DNA from: Acidimicrobiales bacterium
Lineage (GTDB): Bacteria > Actinomycetota > Acidimicrobiia > Acidimicrobiales > Acidimicrobilacustridaceae
DNA length: 64,000 bases
NCBI GenBank assembly: GCA_030830565.1
Contig: JAURMR010000042.1
Location: 34,072-98,071 of the forward strand
Direction of reading: 5' to 3'
In this document: in pieces, positions 1 to 10,183 of the stretch
How positions within the stretch are numbered: position 1 is the first letter of the stretch
Layout of the letters: the number at the start of each line of letters is the position of its first letter
Position numbers and translations under genes: made by a program
Notes under the pieces: generated by a model
Databases searched by the model: none
What the model saw: the letters and a program-made list of their open reading frames with translations, nothing else
Told to the model about the DNA's origin: nothing

Positions 1-47
1 CTGCGCTCGTTGCTTTCTGCCTAATCGTTCGCTGCTGAACGAAGTTT

Positions 48-512
48 TCAGCTGAGAATTCCGGCTCGCCGCAATACCTCGCGCGGCACACCGAGCTCAA
101 TCCAAGCCTCGGGACTGAGTTCTTTCGAATCGTTGTAGTCCTTGGCCACGCCAATGAACTCGGATTCAAGGGCCACGAGATCAATCGGTGACTCGAGTTC
201 TTCGAGCTCCTTCTGCTTCTTGATCTTCGATTGCACCAGATCGAGCTTGCGCAACGGATCCTTTTCGGTTGCGAGGTTCGCATCGATCTTCTCGATGCTC
301 TTGCGCAAACCTTCGGGAGTGACTGGCCGGCCGCGTCTGGGCTTGGCCGACTCGATCGCTTGGAGGTAGCGACGCACGATCTGTCCGCGCTCACGACCCT
401 CTTTGAGCGCGGCCTTGTGGCTCTCGGTCATCGTGCCGGGAGGAAGGCCGATTCGGGGTTTGCCCTCGGAAGGTTCAGAGGTCGGGTCACTCATGAGCGT
501 TGAGTCCATCAC
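48..512 (-). CDS. Hypothetical basic protein with AT-hook-like KPRRGRP motif and predicted coiled coil
   Basis: 154-aa ORF divergent from purL; K/R/E-rich helical sequence; true start may be ATG at 494. Confidence 0.75.
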   Translation of the reverse strand: MMDSTLMSDPTSEPSEGKPRIGLPPGTMTESHKAALKEGRERGQIVRRYLQAIESAKPRRGRPVTPEGLRKSIEKIDANLATEKDPLRKLDLVQSKIKKQKELEELESPIDLVALESEFIGVAKDYNDSKELSPEAWIELGVPREVLRRAGILS

Positions 513-586
513 ACTGCCGCGAAACCGACAATGGTCACGTCGAAACCCGGAGAATCGTGGCGTTCCAGCGCACTAGCCTGTACGTA

Positions 587-2824
587 ATGGATGACGCGAT
601 TCACCGTTCACTCGGACTTACTGATTCCGAATACGAAGACATCCGCACGATTCTGAGCCGCGACCCCAACCACCTTGAGTTAGCGATGTTTGCGGTCATG
701 TGGTCCGAGCACTGCTCGTACAAGTCATCTCGTGTGCATCTCAAGCGACTCCCCACTGAAGCACCGTGGGTGCTCGTGGGTCCTGGCGAAAACGCCGGTG
801 TTGTCGATGTCGGCGACGGAATCGCTGCTGCAATTCGAATCGAATCGCACAACCACCCTTCTGCAATTGAGCCCTACCAAGGTGCGGCGACCGGAGTCGG
901 CGGCATTCTGCGCGACATCTTCACCATGGGCGCACGTCCGATCGCGCTAATGGATCCGTTGCGATTCGGTCCGCTCGATGACCCCCGCAGCCGTTGGATT
1001 GCCGAAGGTGTCATCAGCGGCGTCTCTGGTTACGGCAACTCGGTGGGCGTTCCCACCATCGGTGGCGAAACCGTTTTCGACCCTACCTATATGGGTAATC
1101 CGCTTGTCAACGTGCTGTGCCTTGGCGTTCTTCCGACCGAACGCCTCGTGCTCGGACAGGCCACCGGTGTTGGCAACCTTGCGGTGTTGCTTGGTTCAAG
1201 CACAGGTCGTGACGGCATCGGAGGCGTGAGTGTTCTTGCCTCCGCCGGTTTCTCTGATGAAGAAACCGACGCTGAAAAGCGTCCGTCGGTGCAGGTCGGC
1301 GATCCCTACGAAGAGAAGCGTCTGATCGAAGCTTGTCTCGAACTTCTTGATGCTGGTCTCGTTGTTGGCATTCAAGATCTCGGTGGCGCGGGTCTTGCAT
1401 GTGCCACGAGTGAAACCGCAAGCCGCGGTGGCATGGGCATGGATGTTGACGTCAACGCCATCCCGCGTCGCGAAGCGGGGATGGAACCGTTCGAGGTCAT
1501 GACTTCGGAAAGCCAAGAACGCATGCTCGCCATTGTTGAGCCCGCCGATCTCGATCAGGTGCTCGCAATCTGTGCGCGCTGGGAAGTTCGTTCTTCTGTT
1601 ATCGGCATCGTCACCGACGGACCTGCCACTGGTCATCCCGAAGGTGGTCGCCTCCGCATCCGCGACGGGTTCGATGGCGAAATCCTTTGCGATATCCCCG
1701 CTGCTTCGCTGCACGAGGATGCGCCGCTTTACAACCGTCCGATCGCTGCACCGGCAATCTTTGATGCTGCGACTCGCACGATGGGCACCGAACCTGCACC
1801 GACGTCAGTCGACACCGCAGCGGAATTGCTCGAACTTCTTGCCGATGCGCGCTGGGTGTTCTCGCAGTACGACCACCAGCTGTTCCTCAACACCGTTGAG
1901 GGTCCGGGTGGCGACGCAGCAGTGCTTCGTCTGAAGCACCCCACCACCGGCGTCGACACTGGCCGCGGTATTGCCCTCACCACCGACGGCAATCACCGGT
2001 GGTGTGCGGTTGATCCCCGTCAGGGCACTGCACTCACCGTTGCCGAATCGCTGCTGAATCTCGCGTGCGTTGGTGCTCGTCCCTTGGCAGTCGTGAATTG
2101 TTTGAACTTCGGCAATCCCGAACATCCTGAAGTTATGTGGCAACTTTCCGAAGCGATCGACGGAATGTCCGAAGCTTGTCTCGCCTTCGATACTCCTGTC
2201 ATCGGCGGAAACGTCAGTCTTTATAACGAATCTCAGGGCACCGACATCGATCCCACCCCGGTAGTTGGCATGCTCGGTGTGATCGATTCACTTGATCGTC
2301 GCCCGCCAGGGGTCGGGCTCGTTGCGCAAGGTCGCCTCATGGTCATTGGCGTGACGCAGCCCGAGGTTTCCGGTTCTCGTTGGGCTCGAGCTCGCGGGCA
2401 CAACGGCGGAACACTTCCAGCTCTCGATGCAGCGCTTCATCTCAAGGTGGCCGAAGTCGTTCGCAAACTCGTTGCTGGCGATGTGCTTGCTGGCATCCAC
2501 GATGTGTCCGGTGGCGGCCTTGGTGTTGCACTCGCCGAAATGGCAGCGAAGTCGGGCATCGGCGTTTCAGTTGCTCGGGTTGCTGACGCGGCCGAACTCT
2601 TTTCTGAAGGTCCGTCACGAGTCGTGGTGTGTGTCGAACCCGAATCAATGGGCGTCGTGGAAAACATCTGTGAGCAAGCCGGCGTTCCCGTCGCTCGCAT
2701 CGGTGTTGCAGGTGGCGATCGTTTCAGTGTGAAGGGTCTTGTCGATCTTCCGCTTTCCGATGTTGTCGATGCCTGGACCAACCACATTCCTTCCGCACTC
2801 GGTGCCGGCACGGCGCAGGACTAA
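587..2824 (+). CDS. purL: Phosphoribosylformylglycinamidine synthase subunit PurL (small type)
   Basis: MWSEHCSYKSS, ESHNHPS, QDLGGAG, SESQERM, GGNVSLYN motifs; ATG 587 lies 7 nt after TAGCCT. Confidence 0.97.
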   Translation: MDDAIHRSLGLTDSEYEDIRTILSRDPNHLELAMFAVMWSEHCSYKSSRVHLKRLPTEAPWVLVGPGENAGVVDVGDGIAAAIRIESHNHPSAIEPYQGAATGVGGILRDIFTMGARPIALMDPLRFGPLDDPRSRWIAEGVISGVSGYGNSVGVPTIGGETVFDPTYMGNPLVNVLCLGVLPTERLVLGQATGVGNLAVLLGSSTGRDGIGGVSVLASAGFSDEETDAEKRPSVQVGDPYEEKRLIEACLELLDAGLVVGIQDLGGAGLACATSETASRGGMGMDVDVNAIPRREAGMEPFEVMTSESQERMLAIVEPADLDQVLAICARWEVRSSVIGIVTDGPATGHPEGGRLRIRDGFDGEILCDIPAASLHEDAPLYNRPIAAPAIFDAATRTMGTEPAPTSVDTAAELLELLADARWVFSQYDHQLFLNTVEGPGGDAAVLRLKHPTTGVDTGRGIALTTDGNHRWCAVDPRQGTALTVAESLLNLACVGARPLAVVNCLNFGNPEHPEVMWQLSEAIDGMSEACLAFDTPVIGGNVSLYNESQGTDIDPTPVVGMLGVIDSLDRRPPGVGLVAQGRLMVIGVTQPEVSGSRWARARGHNGGTLPALDAALHLKVAEVVRKLVAGDVLAGIHDVSGGGLGVALAEMAAKSGIGVSVARVADAAELFSEGPSRVVVCVEPESMGVVENICEQAGVPVARIGVAGGDRFSVKGLVDLPLSDVVDAWTNHIPSALGAGTAQD

Positions 2825-2827
2825 ATC

Positions 2828-4381
2828 GTGCAAACTGACCGCGTGAATCCCGATGACGACACTCCGAAGGAAGCCTGTGGCGTCTTTGGTGTGTACGCAC
2901 CGGGTCAAGCGGTTTCGCATCTCACGTATTTAGGTCTCTACGCGTTGCAACATCGCGGCCAAGAAGCCGCCGGCATGGCCGTGAGCGATGGCTCAACGGT
3001 CACGGTCGTGAAAGACACCGGTCTGGTGTCGAATGCATTCGATGATCGAACGCTTGCTGCACTTACTGGTCACCTCGCAATTGGTCATACGCGTTACTCA
3101 ACGACCGGTTCGAGCGTGTGGCATAACGCGCAGCCGGTGTATCGCGATGTCGGTGCGCACACGGTCGCAATCGCGCATAACGGCAACCTCGTAAACACCG
3201 CCGAACTCGCTGACGAACTCGGCATGCTTCCGGGCACGGTGAGTTCTGACAGCGATGTCATGGCCGAATTGCTTGCTTCGGAACTCGCCAAGAATCCCGA
3301 CGAAAGTTCGGATCACCGCGCCCTCGAACGCGCCATGCAGGCGATCCTTCCTCGCCTAAAGGGCGCATTCTCCGTCGTTGCCATGGACGAGGGCCACATC
3401 ATTGGTGTCCGCGATCCCAACGGATTCCGCCCGCTTTGTCTCGGCAAGCTCGATAACGGTTGGGTGCTCGCGTCGGAAAGCCCCGCACTCGATGTAGTTG
3501 GCGCACACCTTGTTCGCGAACTCGAACCGGGCGAGATGATCGTGATCGACGCCACGGGTTATCGCGCAGTGCGCGTATTTGATCCAGCGGTTGTTGATCC
3601 CAAGTTGTGCTTATTCGAGTTCGTGTACTTCGCTCGACCGGACACACGTCTTTACGGCCAAAGCGTGCATCAAGCACGTGTTCGTATGGGCGAACAACTT
3701 GCCGAGCAAGCACCAGTCGACGCTGATCTCGTGATGGGCGTTCCCGAATCCGGCATTCCGGCCGCGGAGGGTTACGCGCGTAAGTCGGGAATTCCGTTCG
3801 GCCAAGGACTCGTAAAGAACCGCTACATCGGCCGCACGTTTATTGCGCCGAATCAGGAAATGCGCGCGCTGGGTGTGCGCATGAAGCTGAATCCGTTGCG
3901 CGACAACATCGCCGGACGTCGTCTCATCGTGGTCGACGATTCCATCGTGCGTGGCACTACGACTCGCGCCATGGTCTCAATGCTGCGTGAAGCAGGGGCC
4001 GCCGAGGTTCACATGCGCGTTTCGTCGCCGCCTTATAAGTGGCCATGTTTCTACGGCATGGACACCGGAACTCGCGGAGAACTTCTTGCCGCCAACATGA
4101 GCGTCGATGAAATCCGCGAATACCTCAACGTCGATTCGTTGTCGTATCTCACGCTCGACCGTTTGCTGTCGGCAACTGGCGCAGTGGGAGCAGGGTTCTG
4201 CGATGCATGCCTGACTGGCAATTACCCAGTGGCAATCCCTGTCGAGCTCGGTAAACACATCCTCGAGATGCCATCTTCGTCGCCGACGACAACGAACGCA
4301 TTGGCCGACACGCTCGATGTCGCCCCGACTCTCCCTGCGCAAGATGCGCTTTCCTTCTCATCGGAAGAAACAGATGGCTGA
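2828..4381 (+). CDS. purF: Amidophosphoribosyltransferase
   Basis: Propeptide then CGVFG, LQHRGQE, GHTRYST, VVDDSIVRGTT; Fe-S cysteines (PCFYG, FCDAC). Confidence 0.97.
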   Translation: MQTDRVNPDDDTPKEACGVFGVYAPGQAVSHLTYLGLYALQHRGQEAAGMAVSDGSTVTVVKDTGLVSNAFDDRTLAALTGHLAIGHTRYSTTGSSVWHNAQPVYRDVGAHTVAIAHNGNLVNTAELADELGMLPGTVSSDSDVMAELLASELAKNPDESSDHRALERAMQAILPRLKGAFSVVAMDEGHIIGVRDPNGFRPLCLGKLDNGWVLASESPALDVVGAHLVRELEPGEMIVIDATGYRAVRVFDPAVVDPKLCLFEFVYFARPDTRLYGQSVHQARVRMGEQLAEQAPVDADLVMGVPESGIPAAEGYARKSGIPFGQGLVKNRYIGRTFIAPNQEMRALGVRMKLNPLRDNIAGRRLIVVDDSIVRGTTTRAMVSMLREAGAAEVHMRVSSPPYKWPCFYGMDTGTRGELLAANMSVDEIREYLNVDSLSYLTLDRLLSATGAVGAGFCDACLTGNYPVAIPVELGKHILEMPSSSPTTTNALADTLDVAPTLPAQDALSFSSEETDG

Positions 4382-5423
4382 CGACGCAACAACTGGTGAA
4401 ACCTATGCCGGTGCTGGTGTCAGCATCGACGCTGGCGAAGAAGCAGTCGATCGCATCAAGTCTCACGTCCGTTCAACGTTCCGACCCGAAGTCATTGGTG
4501 ATATCGGCGGATTCGGTGGCCTCTTTGCTCTCGACCTCGCTCGTTACAAAAAGCCAGTCCTTGTGTCGTCAACTGATGGCGTCGGAACGAAAGCACTTGT
4601 TGCCCAAGCAACGGGTCGGTTCACCACGATCGGTGTCGACCTTGTTGCCATGTGTGTCGATGATCTTGTGTGCCAAGGTGCCGAGCCGCTGTTCTTTCTC
4701 GACTACATCGCAGTAGGAAGACTCGATCCCGATCACATCGATCAACTCGTGGAAGGTGTGGCCGACGGATGTCGCCAGGCCGGTTGCGCGTTGGTCGGTG
4801 GCGAAATGGCCGAACATCCCGGTGCAATGGAAGCGGGCGAATTCGATCTCGTTGGCTTCGCTGTCGGTATCGCAGATCGTGATGCGCTCATCACCGGCGC
4901 CACGATCGCACCCGGCGATGTGCTTATCGGTCTCCCGTCGCAGAATCTTCGATCAAACGGTTTCTCGCTTGCTCGTCGCGTGCTCCTTGAACGCGCGCAG
5001 CTTCCGCTGGATGGGCCCGCCTATGAAGGCGCGCATCACACGCTTGCCGAGGAACTTCTTGCCCCTTCGGTGATCTTTTCGCCGGCCATTGCCGCGCTGC
5101 AGAAGGCGGTCGATGTTCGCGGCGTCGCTCACATCACTGGCGGTGGCATTCCGGGCAATCTCAATCGCGTGCTCCCGCATGGGACCGCTGCTGAAGTCAC
5201 ATGGGGAACCTGGGACGTACCGCCGATTTTCAACGAGATCCAGCGTCTCGGTTCTGTGGCCGATGACGAAATGGCGCGCGTGTTCAACATGGGCGTCGGA
5301 ATGATCGTGGTCGTGTCGGAATCGGAATCGTTGAAGGCGCTCGATGTTGCTCGTACCGCTGGACATCGGGCCACCGTCATCGGGCGCATCGTCGAAGGTG
5401 ACGGCACCGTCCGCATCGTCTGA
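4374..5423 (+). CDS. purM: AIR synthase (phosphoribosylformylglycinamidine cyclo-ligase)
   Basis: TYAGAGV, GGFGGLF, STDGVGTK, GGEMAEHP, AHITGGG, FNMGVGM. Confidence 0.97.
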   Translation: MADDATTGETYAGAGVSIDAGEEAVDRIKSHVRSTFRPEVIGDIGGFGGLFALDLARYKKPVLVSSTDGVGTKALVAQATGRFTTIGVDLVAMCVDDLVCQGAEPLFFLDYIAVGRLDPDHIDQLVEGVADGCRQAGCALVGGEMAEHPGAMEAGEFDLVGFAVGIADRDALITGATIAPGDVLIGLPSQNLRSNGFSLARRVLLERAQLPLDGPAYEGAHHTLAEELLAPSVIFSPAIAALQKAVDVRGVAHITGGGIPGNLNRVLPHGTAAEVTWGTWDVPPIFNEIQRLGSVADDEMARVFNMGVGMIVVVSESESLKALDVARTAGHRATVIGRIVEGDGTVRIV

Positions 5424-5493
5424 CACAGACGCACCGAAACGAACGCAGTCGAAACCGCTCCCTCGTCGCTCGCCGCCCGGTAGGTTCCTGACC

Positions 5494-6051
5494 ATGAGTG
5501 ACGCGACAAAGCAGCAACTGATTGATCACCTTCTTCGTTACTCGGTGCGCACCGGTGACTTCACGTTGAAGTCGGGCAAGAAGAGTTCGTGGTTCATCGA
5601 CTCAAAGCAGACCGCATGCCGCCCCGACGGACTTTTGCTCATGGCTGATCTTGCGCTTGATCTGATTCCCGACGACGTCACAGCGATCGGTGGGCTCACT
5701 GTTGGTGCTGATCCCGTCGCGTACGGCATTGCTGCTGTGGCCGCGACTCGTGGCTGTCACCTCAAGTCGTTCACCATTCGCAAAGAGGCCAAGGACCATG
5801 GCGTCGCTGGTCGCCTTGCTGGTCCGCTCGAACCGGGCGACAAGGTCGTCATCACCGACGACACCGTTACCCGAGGCACCTCGCCGATGGAAGCGGTGCA
5901 TGTCGCTCGTGAACTTGGGGCTGAACCGGTGATGGTGATGGTGGTGGTTGATCGTGGCGGCACCTGCCAGGCCATGGCCGAAGCCGAAGGCCTTGCGTTC
6001 CGGGCGCTGGTGACTGCCCCCGAACTTGGGTTCCCCTACGAAGGGGCCTGA
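5494..6051 (+). CDS. pyrE: Orotate phosphoribosyltransferase
   Basis: GDFTLKSGKKS, RKEAKDHG, PRPP motif VVITDDTVTRG. Confidence 0.93.
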   Translation: MSDATKQQLIDHLLRYSVRTGDFTLKSGKKSSWFIDSKQTACRPDGLLLMADLALDLIPDDVTAIGGLTVGADPVAYGIAAVAATRGCHLKSFTIRKEAKDHGVAGRLAGPLEPGDKVVITDDTVTRGTSPMEAVHVARELGAEPVMVMVVVDRGGTCQAMAEAEGLAFRALVTAPELGFPYEGA

Positions 6052-6131
6052 CCTTCCGAAAACGGGTGACTTTGGGGCCCTGAGCCCCGACTTGGGGACG
6101 GCATGGGCCCGACGGGTAGCGTCTCCGCCCT

Positions 6132-7538
6132 ATGGCTGACTCAACTACCGCCGCTTTTAGCATCCGTCTTCGCGTCCGTCTGGGGAATGAACCTGGAGCT
6201 CTCGGCCGTCTCGCTACCGCTATTGGTTCAGTAGGCGGAAACATTTGGTCCCTCGAAGGATTCGAGGCCAAGAAGGAATCGCTTGACGAAGACGTTGTCG
6301 TCAACTGCTCGAGCGAAGCCCATCAGCAGCAGGTACTCGAAGCTGTTCGTGGTGTTCAGGGGATCGAACTTCTCGAATGGGAAGACCGAACGTTTGCAAT
6401 CCATGCGGGCGGCAAGATCGATGTCGTAAGTCGGATCGCTGTCAACGACCGTGACGATCTTTCAATGGCCTACACGCCAGGCGTTGCGCGAATTTGTACT
6501 GCGATCGAGAAGGATCAGCACCTCGCGCACGAACTGACCATTCGTAAGAACACTGTTGCCATCGTGAGTGACGGCACCGCAGTCCTTGGTCTCGGCGATA
6601 TTGGTCCCTACGGCGCCATGCCGGTGATGGAAGGCAAAGCACTTCTGTTCAAGGAATTCGCGGGCGTCGATGGTTTCCCGATCTGCCTCGATACCAAAGA
6701 CCCTGAAGAAATCATTCGCACTGTCGTGAACATTGCTCCGTCATTTGGTGGCATCAACCTTGAAGACATCGCTGCGCCCGCATGTTTTGAGGTTGAAGAT
6801 CGCCTCAAGGAACTGCTCGACATTCCGGTGTTCCACGATGACCAGCACGGCACTGCAGTTGTCACGCTTGCTGCACTCATGAACGCTCTCAAGATCGTCA
6901 ACAAGAAGATGGAAGACCTCACCGTGGTCATCGCAGGTGTTGGCGCTGCCGGTGTTGCCATCTCAAAGATTCTGATGAATGCCGGTGTGCGCAACATCAT
7001 CGGTGTCGATCGCGAAGGCGCTGTGTACAACGGTCGCGGAAACCTCAACGTTGCGAAGCAGTGGTTTGCCGAGAACACCAACCCCGAAGGCCGTCAGGGT
7101 TCATTGGCCGACATCATGCCGGGCTCCGATGTCTTCATCGGTGTGAGTGGACCGAACCTCATCAATCGTCAAGATGTTCTGACGATGGCGAAGGATCCGA
7201 TCGTGTTCGCAATGGCGAACCCTGATCCCGAGATTCGTCCGGAAGAAGCAGAAGGCTGCGTTGCAGTTATGGCAACGGGCCGAAGCGATTTCCCGAACCA
7301 GATCAACAACGTTCTTGCGTTCCCCGGTTTGTTCCGTGGTGCGCTCGACGCCGGTGCAACGCAGATCACCGAGAACATGAAGGTTGCTGCGGCGTACGCA
7401 ATTGCGAACGCTGTGAGCGCTGAAGATCTCGCTCCCGATCACGTCATTCCGTCGGTGTTCGACAAGCGCATTGCGCCTCTCGTTGCGGCTGCCGCTGCTG
7501 AGGCTGCAGTTCGCGACGGTGTCATCCGAAAGCGCTGA
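6132..7538 (+). CDS. NAD(P)-dependent malic enzyme with N-terminal ACT domain
   Basis: YTPGVA, DGTAVLGLG, PVMEGKA, INLEDI, FHDDQHGT, GRSDFPNQINN; N-terminal NEPGALG ACT motif. Confidence 0.93.
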   Translation: MADSTTAAFSIRLRVRLGNEPGALGRLATAIGSVGGNIWSLEGFEAKKESLDEDVVVNCSSEAHQQQVLEAVRGVQGIELLEWEDRTFAIHAGGKIDVVSRIAVNDRDDLSMAYTPGVARICTAIEKDQHLAHELTIRKNTVAIVSDGTAVLGLGDIGPYGAMPVMEGKALLFKEFAGVDGFPICLDTKDPEEIIRTVVNIAPSFGGINLEDIAAPACFEVEDRLKELLDIPVFHDDQHGTAVVTLAALMNALKIVNKKMEDLTVVIAGVGAAGVAISKILMNAGVRNIIGVDREGAVYNGRGNLNVAKQWFAENTNPEGRQGSLADIMPGSDVFIGVSGPNLINRQDVLTMAKDPIVFAMANPDPEIRPEEAEGCVAVMATGRSDFPNQINNVLAFPGLFRGALDAGATQITENMKVAAAYAIANAVSAEDLAPDHVIPSVFDKRIAPLVAAAAAEAAVRDGVIRKR

Positions 7539-7543
7539 ACAAC

Positions 7544-8269
7544 GTGTCGCGGTTCGACGCGATCACATTCGACTTCTGGGACACGCTCGTGCGAGCTGAT
7601 GTTGCTGCGACGCGCGTGCAACGCAGGCTGGCAATCGCTGAGGTACTTGTTTCGCATGGACTTCCTGCGGAACACGATGACATTGATGCCGCATTCAACG
7701 AAGCATGGAAGCGCTTCGACGCATCGTGGGGTCAGGGTGAACAGTTCACCGGTTATCACGCTGCAGAAACCGTGCTCGATGTTCTCGGCCACACCGATGA
7801 TGAACAGGTGCGCTTCCGAGTCATCGACGCGTATCTGTCAGCGCCGCGCGCGATGCAACTTGACCTCACCGACAACCTGGTGCCCACGCTGCATCGACTG
7901 AAAGACGCCGGCTTGCGCGTTGGTATCGTTTGCGATGTGGGCCTCACGCCTTCAACCGTGTTGCGCGAGTATCTCGAAGGCCACGGCGTACTTGCATTGT
8001 TTGATCACTGGTCGTTCTCTGACGATGTCGGTGTGTACAAACCCGATGCAGCGATTTTTGAACATGCTCTCGAAGGCTTGGGTGGAGTCGATCCGTCGCG
8101 TGCAGCACATATCGGCGACCTTCGTCGCACTGATATTGCTGGCGCCAAGGGGATGGGCATGTTGGCGCTTCGTTATCGCGGAGTGACTGACGATGACCCT
8201 GAACACGGACCAGAAGGCGATGTCGTGATTGATAATCACGCCGAAGTGCCCGCAGTACTCGGCCTGTAA
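7544..8269 (+). CDS. HAD-family hydrolase
   Basis: FDFWDTL motif I, KPD motif III, HIGD...DI motif IV. Confidence 0.88.
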   Translation: MSRFDAITFDFWDTLVRADVAATRVQRRLAIAEVLVSHGLPAEHDDIDAAFNEAWKRFDASWGQGEQFTGYHAAETVLDVLGHTDDEQVRFRVIDAYLSAPRAMQLDLTDNLVPTLHRLKDAGLRVGIVCDVGLTPSTVLREYLEGHGVLALFDHWSFSDDVGVYKPDAAIFEHALEGLGGVDPSRAAHIGDLRRTDIAGAKGMGMLALRYRGVTDDDPEHGPEGDVVIDNHAEVPAVLGL

Positions 8270-8354
8270 ATCGAAATCGACGATCGATACGCAGGGCGGT
8301 CGTTGGTTGGCTGTGCCACAGTTGGAACCCACACCACTTCAAGGGGGACGTCAC

Positions 8355-9275
8355 GTGGCACTTGATCCGCAAGCAAAGGTCATTCTCGATCTCATGGCTG
8401 ATTCCGGCTTCACCTTCGACGGGATGACGCCCGAAGAACTCCGTGAGCGGATGAGCATGACGGCGATGCCAAGCCCGATTGAGCTCGCCAGTGTCACCGA
8501 TCGATCCATCCCTGGTCCCGCGGGTGATATCCCCGTTCGCATCTATCGCCCCAGCACTGAAGCCGGTCTTCCCGTCACAGTGTTTTTCCATGGCGGCGGC
8601 TGGGTGATCGGCGATCTTGAGTCACACGACCATTGCTGTCGCACGATTGCGTCGAAGGCAGACTGCGTAGTCGTAGCCGTCGACTATCGCCTTGCTCCGG
8701 AAGCGAAGTTCCCCGCAGCGATTGACGATGCGTGGGCTGCCACCGAATGGGTCGCGACCCATGGTGAGGAATTGAATGTCGACACCTCTCGTCTTGCTGT
8801 TGCCGGCGACAGCGCCGGTGGCAACCTCGCCGCAGTCGTCGCCAACATGTCTCGTGAGCACGAGCATGTGGAGGTCATCCAGCAAGCGCTGATCTATCCA
8901 GTCACCGATGGCAGCTGCGATCGACCCTCAATGACCGACAACGCCGAGGGCTACATGCTCACCCGCACGGCAATGGACTTCTTCCACGAGCACTACACCG
9001 TCACGATCGAAGACGTACGCGATCCGCGATACTCACCCATCCTCAGCGATCTTGCCGGCGCACCGCCCGCGGTCGTCGTGACTGCAGGCTTCGATCCGTT
9101 GCGCGATCAGGGCAATGCCTATGCCACCAAACTCCTTGAAGCCGGCGTCGATGTCGATCACGTCGAATACGAAGGCATGTTCCATGGGTTCTTCTCCATG
9201 GATGCAGCAATCGACGTGGCCACCGAAGCACAGGATCAGGTGGCGGCAGCCTTGAAGGACGCTTTCGCCCGCTGA
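8355..9275 (+). CDS. Alpha/beta hydrolase, HSL-family esterase/lipase
   Basis: HGGGW, GDSAGG, DPLRD, HGF; GTG 8355 after AGGGGG RBS. Confidence 0.92.
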   Translation: MALDPQAKVILDLMADSGFTFDGMTPEELRERMSMTAMPSPIELASVTDRSIPGPAGDIPVRIYRPSTEAGLPVTVFFHGGGWVIGDLESHDHCCRTIASKADCVVVAVDYRLAPEAKFPAAIDDAWAATEWVATHGEELNVDTSRLAVAGDSAGGNLAAVVANMSREHEHVEVIQQALIYPVTDGSCDRPSMTDNAEGYMLTRTAMDFFHEHYTVTIEDVRDPRYSPILSDLAGAPPAVVVTAGFDPLRDQGNAYATKLLEAGVDVDHVEYEGMFHGFFSMDAAIDVATEAQDQVAAALKDAFAR

Positions 9276-9298
9276 AGACCATCACGAGAACGCACCAC

Positions 9299-9329
9299 AA
9301 AAGGCCCGGGCGCAAAGCCCGGGCCTTTT
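9299..9329. terminator. Bidirectional intrinsic terminator between the esterase and the tRNA cluster
   Basis: AAAAGGCCCGGGC-GCAAA-GCCCGGGCCTTTT. Confidence 0.88.
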
Positions 9330-9334
9330 CACTG

Positions 9335-9407
9335 TGGTCGGGACCGGCGTCGATCCGGTGACCTACCGCTTTTCAGGCGGCCGCTCTGCCAACTGAGCTA
9401 CCCGACC
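9335..9407 (-). tRNA. tRNA-Phe(GAA), CCA not encoded
   Basis: Cloverleaf GGTCGGG/CCCGACC; anticodon arm GCCGC-CTGAAAA-GCGGT; unusual T loop ATCGACG. Confidence 0.93.
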
Positions 9408-9457
9408 GTGGAGACAGAGTCTCCGTCCCTGACGCCCCGGCGAACCGGTGCGGCAGT

Positions 9458-9535
9458 TGGCGGTCCCGACGGGATTTGAACCCGCGACCTCCGGCTTGAC
9501 AGGCCGGCGTGCACTCCAAACTGCACCACGGGACC
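9458..9535 (-). tRNA. tRNA-Asp(GTC), CCA encoded
   Basis: GGTCCCG/CGGGACC acceptor; CCGGC-CTGTCAA-GCCGG; GGTTCAAATCC. Confidence 0.96.
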
Positions 9536-9548
9536 AGAAACTGCTGCG

Positions 9549-9621
9549 CACCCCCAACGGGATTCGAACCCGTGTTACCTGCGTGAAAGGCAGGCGTCCT
9601 AGGCCGCTGGACGATGGGGGC
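9549..9621 (-). tRNA. tRNA-Glu(TTC)
   Basis: GCCCCCA/TGGGGGT acceptor; CCTGC-CTTTCAC-GCAGG; GGTTCGAATCC. Confidence 0.96.
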
Positions 9622-9693
9622 TCTTGTGCCGCTAGGGCCTGCAGACCATAGCAGCACCCTCAGTGCCATCCCCAATGCTGAGTTGCACGCGGT

Positions 9694-10182
9694 TCAGACC
9701 GTGCGAGCGAGGGCGTCGACGACCATGCCGACGAGCACTCCGAGGAACTCATAGAGCGCCCATGCAGGGAGTTCGGGGTCATCGGCCTCGAGCTGGGGGA
9801 ATCCGTCCTCGCTGACGTCGAGACGGGTACCCAGAACAAGGCGGACGGTATTGAGTCCAACCATCCAGGTCTCAAGCGTGGCCCTATCGAGTTCAGAGTC
9901 GTTTGCCGTGGCCGAGACTCGCTCAAGTGCTTCGCGGCGGGTGCGAAGCAGATCGCTATGAACGAGGTCGCGATAGGCCTCGTTGACTGATTCATCCGTC
10001 GCGTGTGCAACGGGGAACACACGACGAAGCATCGGATCGCGGTCGGGAGCGTTCTCATCATCAAGCGCGGCAAGTACGTCATCGCACACTGCAGCGATGA
10101 CTTCGCGCAGGTCTGCGCGCAGATTGATAATGAAACGATCCGGTCCTTTGCTCTGAATCGTTCGCTTGAATCCGAAGGCCAT
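9694..10182 (-). CDS. DUF2017-family protein (usual clpS neighbour in Actinobacteria)
   Basis: DPMLRRVFPVAH and WMVGLNTVRLVLGTRL motifs; directly downstream of clpS. Confidence 0.8.
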   Translation of the reverse strand: MAFGFKRTIQSKGPDRFIINLRADLREVIAAVCDDVLAALDDENAPDRDPMLRRVFPVAHATDESVNEAYRDLVHSDLLRTRREALERVSATANDSELDRATLETWMVGLNTVRLVLGTRLDVSEDGFPQLEADDPELPAWALYEFLGVLVGMVVDALARTV

Positions 10183-10183
10183 G

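Noticed and set aside
9335-9621. tRNA cluster as an integration site for an island
   Set aside because: No integrase and no duplicated tRNA 3' end seen in the window
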